Counted from the first letter of the stretch, positions 9,142 to 21,047 are shown. The stretch: 32,000 bases of DNA from Cereibacter sphaeroides 2.4.1 (GCF_000012905.2 NC_007493.2:2550001-2582000), one strand, 5' to 3'. Translations and numbers: made by a program. The notes: generated by a model from the sequence alone, not told the origin.

Positions 9142-10250
9142 TCACCGGGCGCGGTCGAATCCTGTACGATGCCGCCGCCCACATCGAGCCGCAGCTCCCC
9201 GCCCGGAAACAGGCGCAGCGTGCGGATCGCCACATTGAAGGCCGCGCGCCCGTCCGGCGCCATCCAGCCCATCGCCCCGCAATAGAGACCGCGGGGAAAA
9301 GGTTCCAGCTCGGCGATGATCTCCATCGCCCGGATCTTGGGCGCCCCCGTCACCGAACCGCAGGGAAAGAGCGCGGGCAGAAGCCCCGACAGGCCCGGCC
9401 GTCCGATCAGTCGCCCCGTCACCCGGCTCACCATCTGATGGACGGTGGCATAGCTTTCGATCGCGAACAGCTCGGGCACCCGGACGGAACCCAGCTCGGC
9501 GATCCGGCCGATGTCGTTGCGCAGGAGATCGACGATCATCAGGTTTTCGGCGCGGCCCTTCTCGCTCGATCCGAGGATCTCCGCGAGCTCCGCGTCGCGC
9601 GCGGGATCGGGGTCGCGGGGCGCGGTGCCCTTCATCGGCCGGGTCGAGATCCGCCCCTCGGCGTCGCAGTCGAAAAACAGTTCCGGCGAGGCCGAGATCG
9701 CCACCGGCCCGCCCAGATCGCAGAAGGCGCCCTGCCCCACCGGCTGGCGCGCCCGCAGCGCCCCGTAAAGGCCGAGCGCACTGCCCGCCTCGAGTCGGCC
9801 GTCGAGCGGGAAGGTGAGGTTCACCTGATAGCAGTCGCCCGCCGCGATATAGGCCATGAGCCGGCCGAAGGCCGCATCATAGTCGGCGCGAGCGATCCGC
9901 GGGCGGAAGGGCGCGAGCCGCACCTCTCCCGCCTCGGCCGCAGCCTGCGCCAGCAGATCGCCCGCGGGCAGCGGCGCGCGGAAGGCGCCGAAAGCCAGAA
10001 GCGGCTCCGAGCGCTGCGGCGGCATGAGGCGCGCGAGCCGCGGCTCGAACACCAGCCCCGCCTCGTAGGCCACCGTTCCCGCGATCCAGAACCCTTCGGC
10101 CCGCAGCGCATCGAGGCGCGCAAGCGCGGGCGCCAGCGCCGCGGGCTCCTCCACGATCACCGTCTCGACGGGCTCCCGGAACAGGGCCGGGCCGGACCGG
10201 GGTCCGTTCTCGCACAGGAACACGCTCTTCTCCCTTCTCGTCGGGAGCAT
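9078..10250 (-). CDS. pabB: aminodeoxychorismate synthase component I (chorismate-binding enzyme)
   Basis: 390-aa ORF with chorismate-utilising enzyme motifs: ...SPELFF..., ...RPMKGTAPR..., ...ENLMIVDLLRND..., ...GSVTGAPKIRAMEIIAELE...RGLYCGAMGW.... It is followed by pabC. Confidence 0.88.
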   Translation of the reverse strand: MLPTRREKSVFLCENGPRSGPALFREPVETVIVEEPAALAPALARLDALRAEGFWIAGTVAYEAGLVFEPRLARLMPPQRSEPLLAFGAFRAPLPAGDLLAQAAAEAGEVRLAPFRPRIARADYDAAFGRLMAYIAAGDCYQVNLTFPLDGRLEAGSALGLYGALRARQPVGQGAFCDLGGPVAISASPELFFDCDAEGRISTRPMKGTAPRDPDPARDAELAEILGSSEKGRAENLMIVDLLRNDIGRIAELGSVRVPELFAIESYATVHQMVSRVTGRLIGRPGLSGLLPALFPCGSVTGAPKIRAMEIIAELEPFPRGLYCGAMGWMAPDGRAAFNVAIRTLRLFPGGELRLDVGGGIVQDSTAPGEWEEALWKTRFAELPTTPTCG

Positions 10251-10304
10251 CTAGCACGGCAGGCCGGCCCGCGGACAGCCCGGCTGCGACGTGACGCAAG
10301 AGGG

Positions 10305-10332
10305 TTGCGCCGCGCGGCGGCAAGTCTATAAC
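10305..10332 (+). promoter_or_regulatory. candidate promoter for carB
   Basis: TTGCGC (10305-10310), a 16-nt spacer, then TATAAC (10327-10332), in the only AT-enriched patch of the divergent spacer between pabB and carB. A second -10-like TAGAAT lies at 10355-10360. Confidence 0.3.
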
Positions 10333-10411
10333 CGCGCCAATTTGCGCAGAGCGTAGAATCCGGACAATCCTGCAGCCCGACCGGCGCGGGACCATAGATG
10401 TGGGGCCACAA

Positions 10412-13722
<3,311 letters not shown>

Positions 13723-13741
<19 letters not shown>

Positions 13742-13803
13742 CGCGCCCGCGCCCCGGCCGCCATCGCCCGGCCGGGGCGCGCACCCTCCTCTCCCGCCCC
13801 GGC
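13723..13803. repeat. local direct repeat echoing the carB 3' end (GCGCACCCTCC x2, 56 bp apart; CGCCCCGGC x2)
   Basis: GCGCACCCTCC occurs at 13723-13733 (the last codons of carB) and again at 13779-13789. CGCCCCGGC occurs at 13750-13758 and 13795-13803. Confidence 0.55.
13748..13781 (+). terminator. GC-rich hairpin immediately after the carB stop (probable terminator, no U-tract)
   Basis: CGCGCCCCGGCCG ... CGGCCGGGGCGCG. The stem is about 13 bp around an 8-nt loop, and it starts 7 nt after the TGA at 13739-13741. Confidence 0.5.
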
Positions 13804-13859
13804 ACCCCCTCTGCAGCGCGCCGACCCTTCGGTGAACCAGCGACCGGGCAGGCGACGAC

Positions 13860-14011
13860 GCGGACCGGCTTGGTCGGAACGCCGGTGCCGACACGACCCT
13901 CGGCGGCAAGGACCAGAGCCGGGCCGGTGCGGACGTCATGACCGACCTGAGCGGCAACGACCGGATGTCCTTTCCGGCGGTCAGGGCAACGACAGAAGGA
14001 TCGGAGGCGAG
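13860..14011 (+). pseudogene. decayed, frameshifted fragment of an RTX (hemolysin-type Ca-binding nonapeptide repeat) gene
   Basis: One frame reads ADRLGRNAGADTTLGGKDQSRAGADVMTDLSGNDRM. A shift at about 13965 continues as DVLSGGQGNDRRIGGE. The second part fits the GGxGxDxUx consensus exactly and the first part fits it degenerately. There is no start codon, no RBS and no intact ORF. Confidence 0.35.
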
Positions 14012-14365
14012 ACGCCGACCGGTGCCGCCTCACGGCAGGTTCGGGCGCAGGCCGCCTCCGGAAGCGCTCCGGACGGGCGGCCGCCCGCGCCCGCCCTGCC
14101 GCGGGATCGGCCTCGCCGCGGGGGAAAGCGCGGCCCGGGCCAGCTATCGCTTGACTTGTGCCCCCAAATCCCCCATCTCCGCCGGGACGCCGACGATCCG
14201 CTGCCGCGTGAGCAGCCGCCCGCATGGGCCAGGATCCGGCCGACAGGTTCCCACCGTCACGCAGGGGCACCGCGACGCATCCGTGTCGCCCCGCCTCCCG
14301 CCTCCCCCCTCGCCGGGGAGACATTCCCATTCCGCGGGCCCATGCCCGCACACCGAAAGAGACCC

Positions 14366-15727
14366 ATGGCTGATTTCAGCACCCTCGGGCTGTCCGAGCG
14401 ACTCATGCAGGGCCTGGCCAAGGCCCAGTTCACCCAACCGACGCCGATCCAGGTCGAGGCGATCCCCTACGTCATGCAGGGCCGCGACCTGATGGGCCTC
14501 GCCCAGACCGGCACCGGCAAGACGCTGGCCTTCGGGCTGCCGCTCCTGCACCGGCTGCTCGGCGTGGGCCATCCGCCGCCGCCGCGCACCATCCGCGCCC
14601 TGATCCTCGCCCCCACGCGCGAGCTCGTGACCCAGATCGCGACCAACCTCGAGCTCTTCACTAAGGGCACGCCGGTCAAGGTCGTCACCATCACCGGCGG
14701 CGCCTCGATCAACCGCCAGACCGAGCGGCTCGCCCGCGGCGCCGACATCATGGTGGCCACCCCCGGCCGCCTGATCGACCTGCTCGACCGCAATGCGGTG
14801 GTGCTCGACCACACCGGCTATCTGGTGCTGGACGAGGCCGACCAGATGCTCGACATGGGCTTCATCCACAGCCTGCGGAAGATCGCCCGCTTCCTGCCGC
14901 TGAAGCGGCAGACGCTGCTCTTCTCGGCCACGATGCCGAAGCTGATCGAGGAGCTGGCCCACACCTACCTGCGCGAGCCGGTGAAGGTGCAGGTGGCCCC
15001 GCCCGGCAAGCCGGTCGAGAAGATTGCGCAGGGGGTGCATTTCACCCCGCAGGGCGACAAGGCGAAGCTGCTCGAGAGCTATCTCCAGAAGCATCCGGGC
15101 GAGCAGGCGCTGGTCTTCGGCCGCACCAAGCACGGGTCGGAAAAGCTGATGAAGCTGCTGGTCAGCTGGGGCTTCAAGGCGGGCTCGATCCACGGCAACA
15201 AGAGCCAGAACCAGCGCGACCGCACGCTGACCGAGTTCCGCGACGGCTCGCTCGACGTACTGGTGGCCACCGACGTGGCCGCCCGCGGCATCGACATTCC
15301 CGGCGTGAGACATGTCTACAACTACGACATGCCCAACGTGCCCGAGAACTACGTCCACCGCATCGGCCGCACCGCGCGCGCCGGCGCCGAGGGCAGCGCC
15401 GTGGCCTTCGTGGCCCCGGCCGAGATGGAGGAGTTCCGCGCGGTCGAGAAACTTCTCAAGCAGCCCATTCCGGTGATCGGCGGCGCACCCTGGGCCGCGG
15501 ACATCGTGGCGGCGGCGCCCCGTCCCGGCCAGAAGCCGCGGCAGGGCGGACGGCCGAAGACCGGCGCCAAGCCGCAGGGCAAGCCCCAGGCCAAGGCGCA
15601 GCCGAAGCCGCAGGGCGCCGCCAAGGCCCATCCGCGGGCCGGGCGCCCGGCGGGCGCCCCCGGCGGCCATGCGGCCCCGAAGCGCGCGGCCCGCGGCCCG
15701 CGGCGCGGAGATGCCGCCCGCGGCTGA
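14366..15727 (+). CDS. rhlE: DEAD-box ATP-dependent RNA helicase (RhlE-like) with a basic low-complexity C-terminal tail
   Basis: Track ORF 13832..15727, trimmed to ATG 14366 (MADFSTLGLSERLMQGLAKAQFTQPTPIQ = Q motif). Helicase motifs present: AQTGTGKT (I), PTRELV (Ia), LVLDEAD (II), SAT (III) and HRIGRTARAG (VI). The last ~90 aa are K/P/Q/G/A-rich. The symbol is given at family level only. Confidence 0.93.
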   Translation: MADFSTLGLSERLMQGLAKAQFTQPTPIQVEAIPYVMQGRDLMGLAQTGTGKTLAFGLPLLHRLLGVGHPPPPRTIRALILAPTRELVTQIATNLELFTKGTPVKVVTITGGASINRQTERLARGADIMVATPGRLIDLLDRNAVVLDHTGYLVLDEADQMLDMGFIHSLRKIARFLPLKRQTLLFSATMPKLIEELAHTYLREPVKVQVAPPGKPVEKIAQGVHFTPQGDKAKLLESYLQKHPGEQALVFGRTKHGSEKLMKLLVSWGFKAGSIHGNKSQNQRDRTLTEFRDGSLDVLVATDVAARGIDIPGVRHVYNYDMPNVPENYVHRIGRTARAGAEGSAVAFVAPAEMEEFRAVEKLLKQPIPVIGGAPWAADIVAAAPRPGQKPRQGGRPKTGAKPQGKPQAKAQPKPQGAAKAHPRAGRPAGAPGGHAAPKRAARGPRRGDAARG

Positions 15728-15836
15728 GAAAAGATGCATGGAACGCGGCCTGCTTCCTGGTGACGCAGGCCGCACTTCCGGCAGGCACTCGCATTCAGGA
15801 TCGCGCATAATGAAGCTCCGGCACGCCGGAGTGGTA

Positions 15837-15883
15837 ACGAGTATCCGGCGACTGCAGCGCCGGGGGTTCACAGTACGAGTATC
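15837..15883. repeat. 9-nt direct repeat ACGAGTATC x2 flanking an imperfect palindrome (CGGCGACTGCAGCGCCG)
   Basis: ACGAGTATC occurs at 15837-15845 and 15875-15883. The near-palindrome between them is centred on CTGCAG. The element lies in a locally lower-GC patch of the 361-bp spacer. Confidence 0.5.
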
Positions 15884-16088
15884 ATCGCATTGCGCGAAGG
15901 GGCCCGGCAGGCGCCGGTGACCGGATCACCCACCTGTCGGGCATCCTTCGCTGCGCAGACCTCCCCCTCCCCCCTCTCCGACGACGCGCCCCTGCCCCCG
16001 CAGGGTTGATGCGGATCAAGGCGATAGGATCGTCCTCCACGGCAGACTGTAGCCGGACACGCTGATCCACAGCCCGGAGACCTTACCC

Positions 16089-16265
16089 ATGACCCGCCTG
16101 ATGATGGTTCTTTTCTCGTTCATCTCCGTCACCCTGATGGGGATCTGCATCGTGGCAGCCCTCGTGACCGGCAACGACACTCTCATGCCGATCAGCCTCG
16201 CTGCGGCAATCGGCTTCGTGGCGGCGCTGCCCGCGAGCTTCATCATCGCCCGCAAGCTCGCCTGA
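16089..16265 (+). CDS. small membrane protein, 58 aa, two predicted TM helices (below the ORF-track length cutoff)
   Basis: ATG 16089 with GGAG 9 nt upstream. Translation: MTRLMMVLFSFISVTLMGICIVAALVTGNDTLMPISLAAAIGFVAALPASFIIARKLA*. About 90% of third codon positions are G/C, as in the real genes here. The stop is 29 nt before the cytochrome b561 start on the same strand. Confidence 0.6.
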   Translation: MTRLMMVLFSFISVTLMGICIVAALVTGNDTLMPISLAAAIGFVAALPASFIIARKLA

Positions 16266-16294
16266 TTCCCGGCCAGCCACAGAAGGAGATCGCG

Positions 16295-16804
16295 ATGGCG
16301 AAGGAAGCCCCCGCCGGCTATTCGAAAATGCAGATCCTGCTGCACTGGGCGGTGCCGGTGCTGATCGTCGTGCAGTTCCTGCTCGGCCCCGCGATGACAT
16401 CGGTCTACGAGGGGATGAAGACCGGTACGCCCACGGGAAGCCCGGCGCTTGCCTGGGCCCATGTGGGCATAGGGCTTCTGGTGCTGGTGCTCGCGCTCTG
16501 GCGGGTGGGGCTGCGCTTCGCCCGCGGCGTGCCCGCCCCCGCCTTCGAGCCGAAGACGCCCGAGCAGGGCTTCCTCGCCTTCGTCACGAACGAGCTGACC
16601 TTCTTCCTCTATCTCGCCATCCTCGCCATGCCGGTGCTGGGCGCGGTCGGCTGGTTCTACGGCAACGGCGTCGCGGCCTCGGCCCATGCCAGCATGAAAT
16701 ATCTGCTGATCCTCGTCGTGGCCGTGCATGTGGGCCTGACGCTCGTCCATCAGTTCGTGCTGCGCGACGGCTCGCTCGACCGGATGCGGAAGGTGGGCGA
16801 CTGA
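16295..16804 (+). CDS. cytochrome b561 family protein (CybB-like, Ni_hydr_CYTB fold)
   Basis: 169-aa ORF with AAGGAG upstream. It has four TM helices with conserved His residues in the expected places (LLHWAVP, WAHVGIG, SAHASMK, AVHVGLT). Confidence 0.85.
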   Translation: MAKEAPAGYSKMQILLHWAVPVLIVVQFLLGPAMTSVYEGMKTGTPTGSPALAWAHVGIGLLVLVLALWRVGLRFARGVPAPAFEPKTPEQGFLAFVTNELTFFLYLAILAMPVLGAVGWFYGNGVAASAHASMKYLLILVVAVHVGLTLVHQFVLRDGSLDRMRKVGD

Positions 16805-16811
16805 GGCCTGC

Positions 16812-16832
16812 GGCGGAGCCCCGGGCTCCGCC
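16812..16832. terminator. bidirectional hairpin between the convergent cytochrome b561 and hydrolase genes
   Basis: GGCGGAGCC-ccg-GGCTCCGCC, a perfect 9-bp stem, centred in the 39-bp spacer between the stops at 16804 and 16844. Confidence 0.5.
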
Positions 16833-16843
16833 ACCGCTGCGGC

Positions 16844-17614
16844 TCAGGCGTCGAGAAAGACGCGGACCGTATCCTCGAAGGCGCGGGGCTTCTCGGCATG
16901 GAGCCAGTGCCCCGCCCCCTTCAGTTCGGCAAAGCGCGCCGCCGGAAAGAGCCGCTGGATCGTCTCGCGATGCTCGGGCCGGACATAGTGCGACAACTCG
17001 CCGGTCAGGAACAGCGCGGGCCCCTCGAAGCGGCCCTCGATCCCCGGCCAGCCCACGATATGGGGCATCTCGGCCGCGAGCAGGTCGAGGTTCAGCTTCC
17101 AGCGCGGCGGATCGGCCCGCAGATCGAGCGACTGGAGGAAGAAGGCCCGGAGACCCGCATCCGGCAGAACCTCCGCGAGCTTCCGGTCGGCGTCGCCCCG
17201 CGTCGCCACCGTCGCCGGATCGAGGCTCCGCATCGCATCGACATTCTGCATCTGGTCGTGGCTGTAGGCCACCGGGGCCACGTCCGCCACCACCAGCCGC
17301 CGCACCCGCCCGGGCTCGGTCAGGGCGAGCGCCATGGCGGCCTTGCCGCCCATCGAATGGCCCAGCACATCCGCCTGCCCGCCCTGCGCCGCGATCACCT
17401 CGGCCAGATCGGCCGCCATGTCGGGATAGCGGTGGGTCTCGGTCCAGGGGCTCTCGCCGTGGTTGCGCATGTCGACCGCGATCACCTTGCGGGTCTCGGC
17501 CAGCCGGCGGCAGATCACGCCCCAGTTGCGCGCCGAGCCGAACAGGCCGTGCGCGATCAGGAGCGGCGGGGCGTCGGACGGGGTCTCCGCCTTGTAGAGC
17601 GTCGTGTTCAGCAT
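16844..17614 (-). CDS. alpha/beta hydrolase (YbfF-like esterase family)
   Basis: 256-aa ORF. HGLFGS oxyanion region, nucleophile elbow GHSMGG, and C-terminal GAGHWLHAEKP (catalytic His). Confidence 0.88.
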   Translation of the reverse strand: MLNTTLYKAETPSDAPPLLIAHGLFGSARNWGVICRRLAETRKVIAVDMRNHGESPWTETHRYPDMAADLAEVIAAQGGQADVLGHSMGGKAAMALALTEPGRVRRLVVADVAPVAYSHDQMQNVDAMRSLDPATVATRGDADRKLAEVLPDAGLRAFFLQSLDLRADPPRWKLNLDLLAAEMPHIVGWPGIEGRFEGPALFLTGELSHYVRPEHRETIQRLFPAARFAELKGAGHWLHAEKPRAFEDTVRVFLDA

Positions 17615-17701
17615 GGCGGCCTTCTAGCCCTTTGCCGCACGGGCTTCCAGAGCGGTTGATCGCCTGCGCGACCCTTCCTAATCTGGCCGCCTGACGAGGG
17701 G

Positions 17702-18079
17702 ATGGGCATGAGTGCGATTGCGATCAGGCAGATGGTGGACCGAGTGGCCGCGCTCATGGAAGAGCGGCTGCATGTGCGTGGACAGGATCTGCCCGCGAAA
17801 CTGAGACGCGGCGCGGGCCGCCTGCCCCGCCGGGTGCGGGCCGCGGCGCGCGATCTCGCGCAGGCGGGCGAGATGGCGCAGAACCCGCGGCTGCTGATGC
17901 AGGTGGATTTCGAGAAGGTCTCGGCCGATTACGATCTCTGCGTGCGCCATCTGGGCAGCATCGACACGAAGACGCGCGTCGCGGGCCAGCTTCTGGCCGC
18001 CCTGCGGGTGCTCATCGTCGGAGGGCTCGTGGCGGCCGGCGCGGCCTATGGCTTCGCGCGCTGGCGCGGCCTCGTCTGA
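17702..18079 (+). CDS. hypothetical protein with a C-terminal TM anchor
   Basis: 125-aa ORF with GC3-rich codon usage and GAGGGG upstream. ATG 17708 has better SD spacing than ATG 17702. The helical Arg/Ala-rich N-terminal part is followed by the hydrophobic stretch LLAALRVLIVGGLVAAGAAYGFA. I recognise no motif. Confidence 0.6.
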   Translation: MGMSAIAIRQMVDRVAALMEERLHVRGQDLPAKLRRGAGRLPRRVRAAARDLAQAGEMAQNPRLLMQVDFEKVSADYDLCVRHLGSIDTKTRVAGQLLAALRVLIVGGLVAAGAAYGFARWRGLV

Positions 18080-18114
18080 CCCCCGGGACGGGAGGGCAAA
18101 GGCCCCGAAGGAGC

Positions 18115-18139
18115 GGCGCGCGCCGCGAGGGCGCGCGCC
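18115..18139. terminator. bidirectional GC hairpin between the convergent hypothetical gene and glyA
   Basis: GGCGCGCGCC-gcgag-GGCGCGCGCC. Two copies of a 10-nt palindrome can pair as a 10-bp stem. Confidence 0.45.
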
Positions 18140-18146
18140 TGTCGGA

Positions 18147-19442
18147 TCAGAGCGTCGGATAGAGCGGGAAGCGGGCGCAGAGCGCCGCGACCTTGGCCTT
18201 AACGGCCTCTTCCACCGCCGCATTGCCCTCTTCGCCGTTGGCCGCGAGCCCGTCGACCACTTCGACGATCAGCCGGCCGATCTCGCGGAACTCCGCCTCA
18301 CCGAAGCCGCGGGTGGTGCCCGCGGGCGTGCCGAGCCGGACGCCCGAGGTCACGGTCGGCTTCTCGGGGTCGAACGGGATGCCGTTCTTGTTGCAGGTGA
18401 TGTGGGCGCGGCCCAGCGCCTTCTCGGTCGCATTGCCCTTCACGCCCTTGGGCCGCAGGTCCACGAGCATCAGGTGCGTGTCGGTGCCGCCCGTCACGAT
18501 GTCGAGCCCGCCCTTCATCAGCTCGTCCGCCAGCGCCTGCGCGTTCTTGACCACCTGCGCGGCATAGGCCTTGAACTCGGGCCGCAGCGCCTCGCCGAAG
18601 GCCACCGCCTTGGCCGCGATCACATGCATCAGCGGACCGCCCTGGATGCCCGGGAAGATGGCCGAATTGACCTTCTTCGCGATCTCCTCGCTGTTCGTGA
18701 GGATCATGCCGCCGCGCGGACCGCGCAGCGTCTTGTGCGTCGTGGTGGTGGCCACGTCCGCATGCGGGAAGGGCGAGGGATGGGCGCCGCCCGCCACGAG
18801 GCCCGCGAAATGGGCCATGTCCACCATCAGGAGCGCGCCCACCTCATCCGCGATGGCCCGGAAGCGGGCGAAGTCGATCTGGCGCGGGATGGCCGAGCCG
18901 CCCGCGATGATGAGCTTGGGCTTGTGCTCGCGCGCGAGCGCCGCCACCTGATCGTAATCGATCAGCTGGTCCTGCTGGCGCACGCCATACTGGATCGCGT
19001 TGAACCACTTGCCGGACTGGTTCGGCGCGGCCCCGTGGGTGAGGTGGCCGCCCGAGGCGAGCTCCATGCCCAGAATGGTGTCGCCCGGCTTGATGAGCGC
19101 CTGGAACACGCCCTGGTTGGCCTGGCTGCCCGAGTTCGGCTGCACGTTCACATAGGCGCAGCCGAACAGCTGCTTCGCCCGCTCGATGGCCAGCGTCTCG
19201 GCCACGTCGACATAGTCGCAGCCGCCGTAGTAGCGCTTGCCCGCATAGCCTTCGGCGTACTTGTTCGTCATGACCGAGCCCTGCGCCTCCATCACGGCGC
19301 GGCTCACGATATTCTCCGAGGCGATCAGCTCGATCTCGTCGCGCTGGCGGCCGAGTTCGCCGGTGATCGAGGCGAAAAGCTCGGGATCGCGGGAAGAGAG
19401 GCTTTCGGTAAAGAAGCCGTCGTCGCGGTGCGGGGCGTTCAT
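18147..19442 (-). CDS. glyA: serine hydroxymethyltransferase
   Basis: Track ORF 18147..19784, trimmed to ATG 19442 ([23 protein letters not shown]...), 431 aa. Motifs: [27 protein letters not shown], and the PLP-lysine motif [13 protein letters not shown]. Confidence 0.98.
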   Translation of the reverse strand: MNAPHRDDGFFTESLSSRDPELFASITGELGRQRDEIELIASENIVSRAVMEAQGSVMTNKYAEGYAGKRYYGGCDYVDVAETLAIERAKQLFGCAYVNVQPNSGSQANQGVFQALIKPGDTILGMELASGGHLTHGAAPNQSGKWFNAIQYGVRQQDQLIDYDQVAALAREHKPKLIIAGGSAIPRQIDFARFRAIADEVGALLMVDMAHFAGLVAGGAHPSPFPHADVATTTTHKTLRGPRGGMILTNSEEIAKKVNSAIFPGIQGGPLMHVIAAKAVAFGEALRPEFKAYAAQVVKNAQALADELMKGGLDIVTGGTDTHLMLVDLRPKGVKGNATEKALGRAHITCNKNGIPFDPEKPTVTSGVRLGTPAGTTRGFGEAEFREIGRLIVEVVDGLAANGEEGNAAVEEAVKAKVAALCARFPLYPTL

Positions 19443-19608
19443 GGGCGTCTCCTGTGGCAAGGGTTGCGCCCATTTAGAGCATCGTCGCCGCGACAGAAAG
19501 GCAGGAAAACGACGCATGTCCGGGATTGCGCGAAGCCCGGGCCCGGCAGGGCTTGAGTTTGCCGCACGGGGCGTCCAACACTGGCCGCCGCGGCAGCCGG
19601 AGGGGGAC

Positions 19609-20373
19609 ATGACGCCACAGCGCATCGGATTCGTGGCGAGCAATGCCCCCGTCGCCCAGGAGGCACTGAACGTCATGGCTGCCCGGTACGGCCAGTGCCC
19701 CCTGCCCGAGGCCGACGCCATCGTGGCGCTCGGCGGCGACGGCTTCATGCTCCAGACGTTGCACGAAACCCAGAGCCTCGACATCCCGGTCTATGGCATG
19801 AACCGCGGCACCGTGGGCTTCCTCATGAACGGCTATGCCGAAGACGGGCTGCGCGAGCGGCTGGCCGAGGCCGAGGAAGAGATCCTGAACCCGCTGGCCA
19901 TGACCGCCGTCACCGGCGCGGGCGAGGTCTTCCACCGGATCGCGATCAACGAGGTCTCGCTTCTGCGCGCAGGCCCGCAGGCGGCCTGGCTGAAGATCTC
20001 GGTCGACGGCAAGGTGCGGATGGAAGAGCTCGTCTGCGACGGCGCGCTGGTCTGCACGCCCGCAGGCTCCACCGCCTACAACTATTCCGCCCACGGCCCG
20101 ATCCTGCCCATCGGCGCCGACGTGCTGGCGCTCACCGCCATCGCGCCCTTCCGCCCGCGGCGCTGGCGCGGGGCGCTGCTGCCCAAGACGGCGCTGGTGC
20201 GCTTTGACGTGATCGATGCGCAGAAGCGCCCCGTGATGGCGGATGCCGACGGCCGCTCGGTCCGCGACGTGGTGTCGGTCGAGATCCGCACCGAGCCCGC
20301 CGTGCGCCACCGGCTGCTGTTCGACCCCGGCCACGGGCTCGAGGAGCGGCTGATCCGCGAGCAGTTCGTCTAG
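19609..20373 (+). CDS. nadK: NAD kinase
   Basis: Track ORF 19261..20373, trimmed to ATG 19609 ([11 protein letters not shown]...) with GGAGGGGG upstream. GGDGFML and NRGTVGFL motifs are present, plus ...[17 protein letters not shown]... Confidence 0.93.
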   Translation: MTPQRIGFVASNAPVAQEALNVMAARYGQCPLPEADAIVALGGDGFMLQTLHETQSLDIPVYGMNRGTVGFLMNGYAEDGLRERLAEAEEEILNPLAMTAVTGAGEVFHRIAINEVSLLRAGPQAAWLKISVDGKVRMEELVCDGALVCTPAGSTAYNYSAHGPILPIGADVLALTAIAPFRPRRWRGALLPKTALVRFDVIDAQKRPVMADADGRSVRDVVSVEIRTEPAVRHRLLFDPGHGLEERLIREQFV

Positions 20374-21047
20374 CGGAACCGGTCGGCCAGCTTCTGAAGC
20401 GCGCTGCGTTCGTCCGGCGCGGCCTCGGGCGCCTGGGCCTCGGGTGCCTTCGCGGCAGGCTTCGGCTTCTCGGGCTTCGGCGGCTGCATCCGGAGCGCCA
20501 CTGCATTCTGGAACTTCGCCCCGTCGCCCCGCGCCAGCGCCTCGGCCCCGTCCGAGATCCCGCGCAGGAGATCCGCCAGCCAGTCCTGATCCGCCTTGGC
20601 GAAATCGCTCAGCACATAGGGCGCCACCGCATCCTTGTGCCCCGGATGGCCGATCCCCAGCCGCACCCGCCCGTAGGCCTCGCCGACATGGGCGTGGATC
20701 GAGCGCAGCCCGTTGTGGCCCGCATGGCCCCCGCCCTGCTTCAGCCGCAGCTTGCCCGGCGCAAGGTCGAGCTCGTCGTGGAACACGATCACGTCGGCGG
20801 GGGTCAGCTTGTAGAAGCGCATGGCCTCGCCCACCGACTGGCCCGAGAGGTTCATGAAGGTCTCGGGCTTGAGGAGCAGCACCTGCTCAGACCCGAGCCG
20901 CCCCTCCGAGGTCAGCCCCTGAAAGCGCGCGCGCCACGGGCCGAACCCATGGTCCGCGGCAATGGCCTCCACCGCCATGTAGCCGATGTTGTGCCGGTTG
21001 CCCGCATAGCGCGCACCGGGATTGCCGAGACCGACGAACAGCTTCAT
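20370..21047 (-). CDS. pth: peptidyl-tRNA hydrolase (with a K/P/A/E-rich C-terminal extension of about 35 aa)
   Basis: Track ORF 20370..21140, trimmed to ATG 21047 ([24 protein letters not shown]...) with GGAAGGAG upstream. The catalytic His context HNIG and the ...HDELDL...[11 protein letters not shown]... motifs are present. Confidence 0.96.
   Translation of the reverse strand: MKLFVGLGNPGARYAGNRHNIGYMAVEAIAADHGFGPWRARFQGLTSEGRLGSEQVLLLKPETFMNLSGQSVGEAMRFYKLTPADVIVFHDELDLAPGKLRLKQGGGHAGHNGLRSIHAHVGEAYGRVRLGIGHPGHKDAVAPYVLSDFAKADQDWLADLLRGISDGAEALARGDGAKFQNAVALRMQPPKPEKPKPAAKAPEAQAPEAAPDERSALQKLADRFR

Noticed and set aside
13832-14365. 178-codon N-terminal extension of the helicase ORF
   Set aside because: The helicase Q motif begins right after Met at 14366. 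The extension is Arg/Pro/Gly-rich, has no SD at 13832, and runs through the RTX relic in a broken frame.
19443-19608. ZTP (pfl) or another folate/one-carbon riboswitch upstream of glyA
   Set aside because: Reading the minus strand, I find neither the GGGTCGTGAC/CCGGGCGGA core nor the CCGCCTGGGCA pseudoknot partner. Only a simple hairpin is present.
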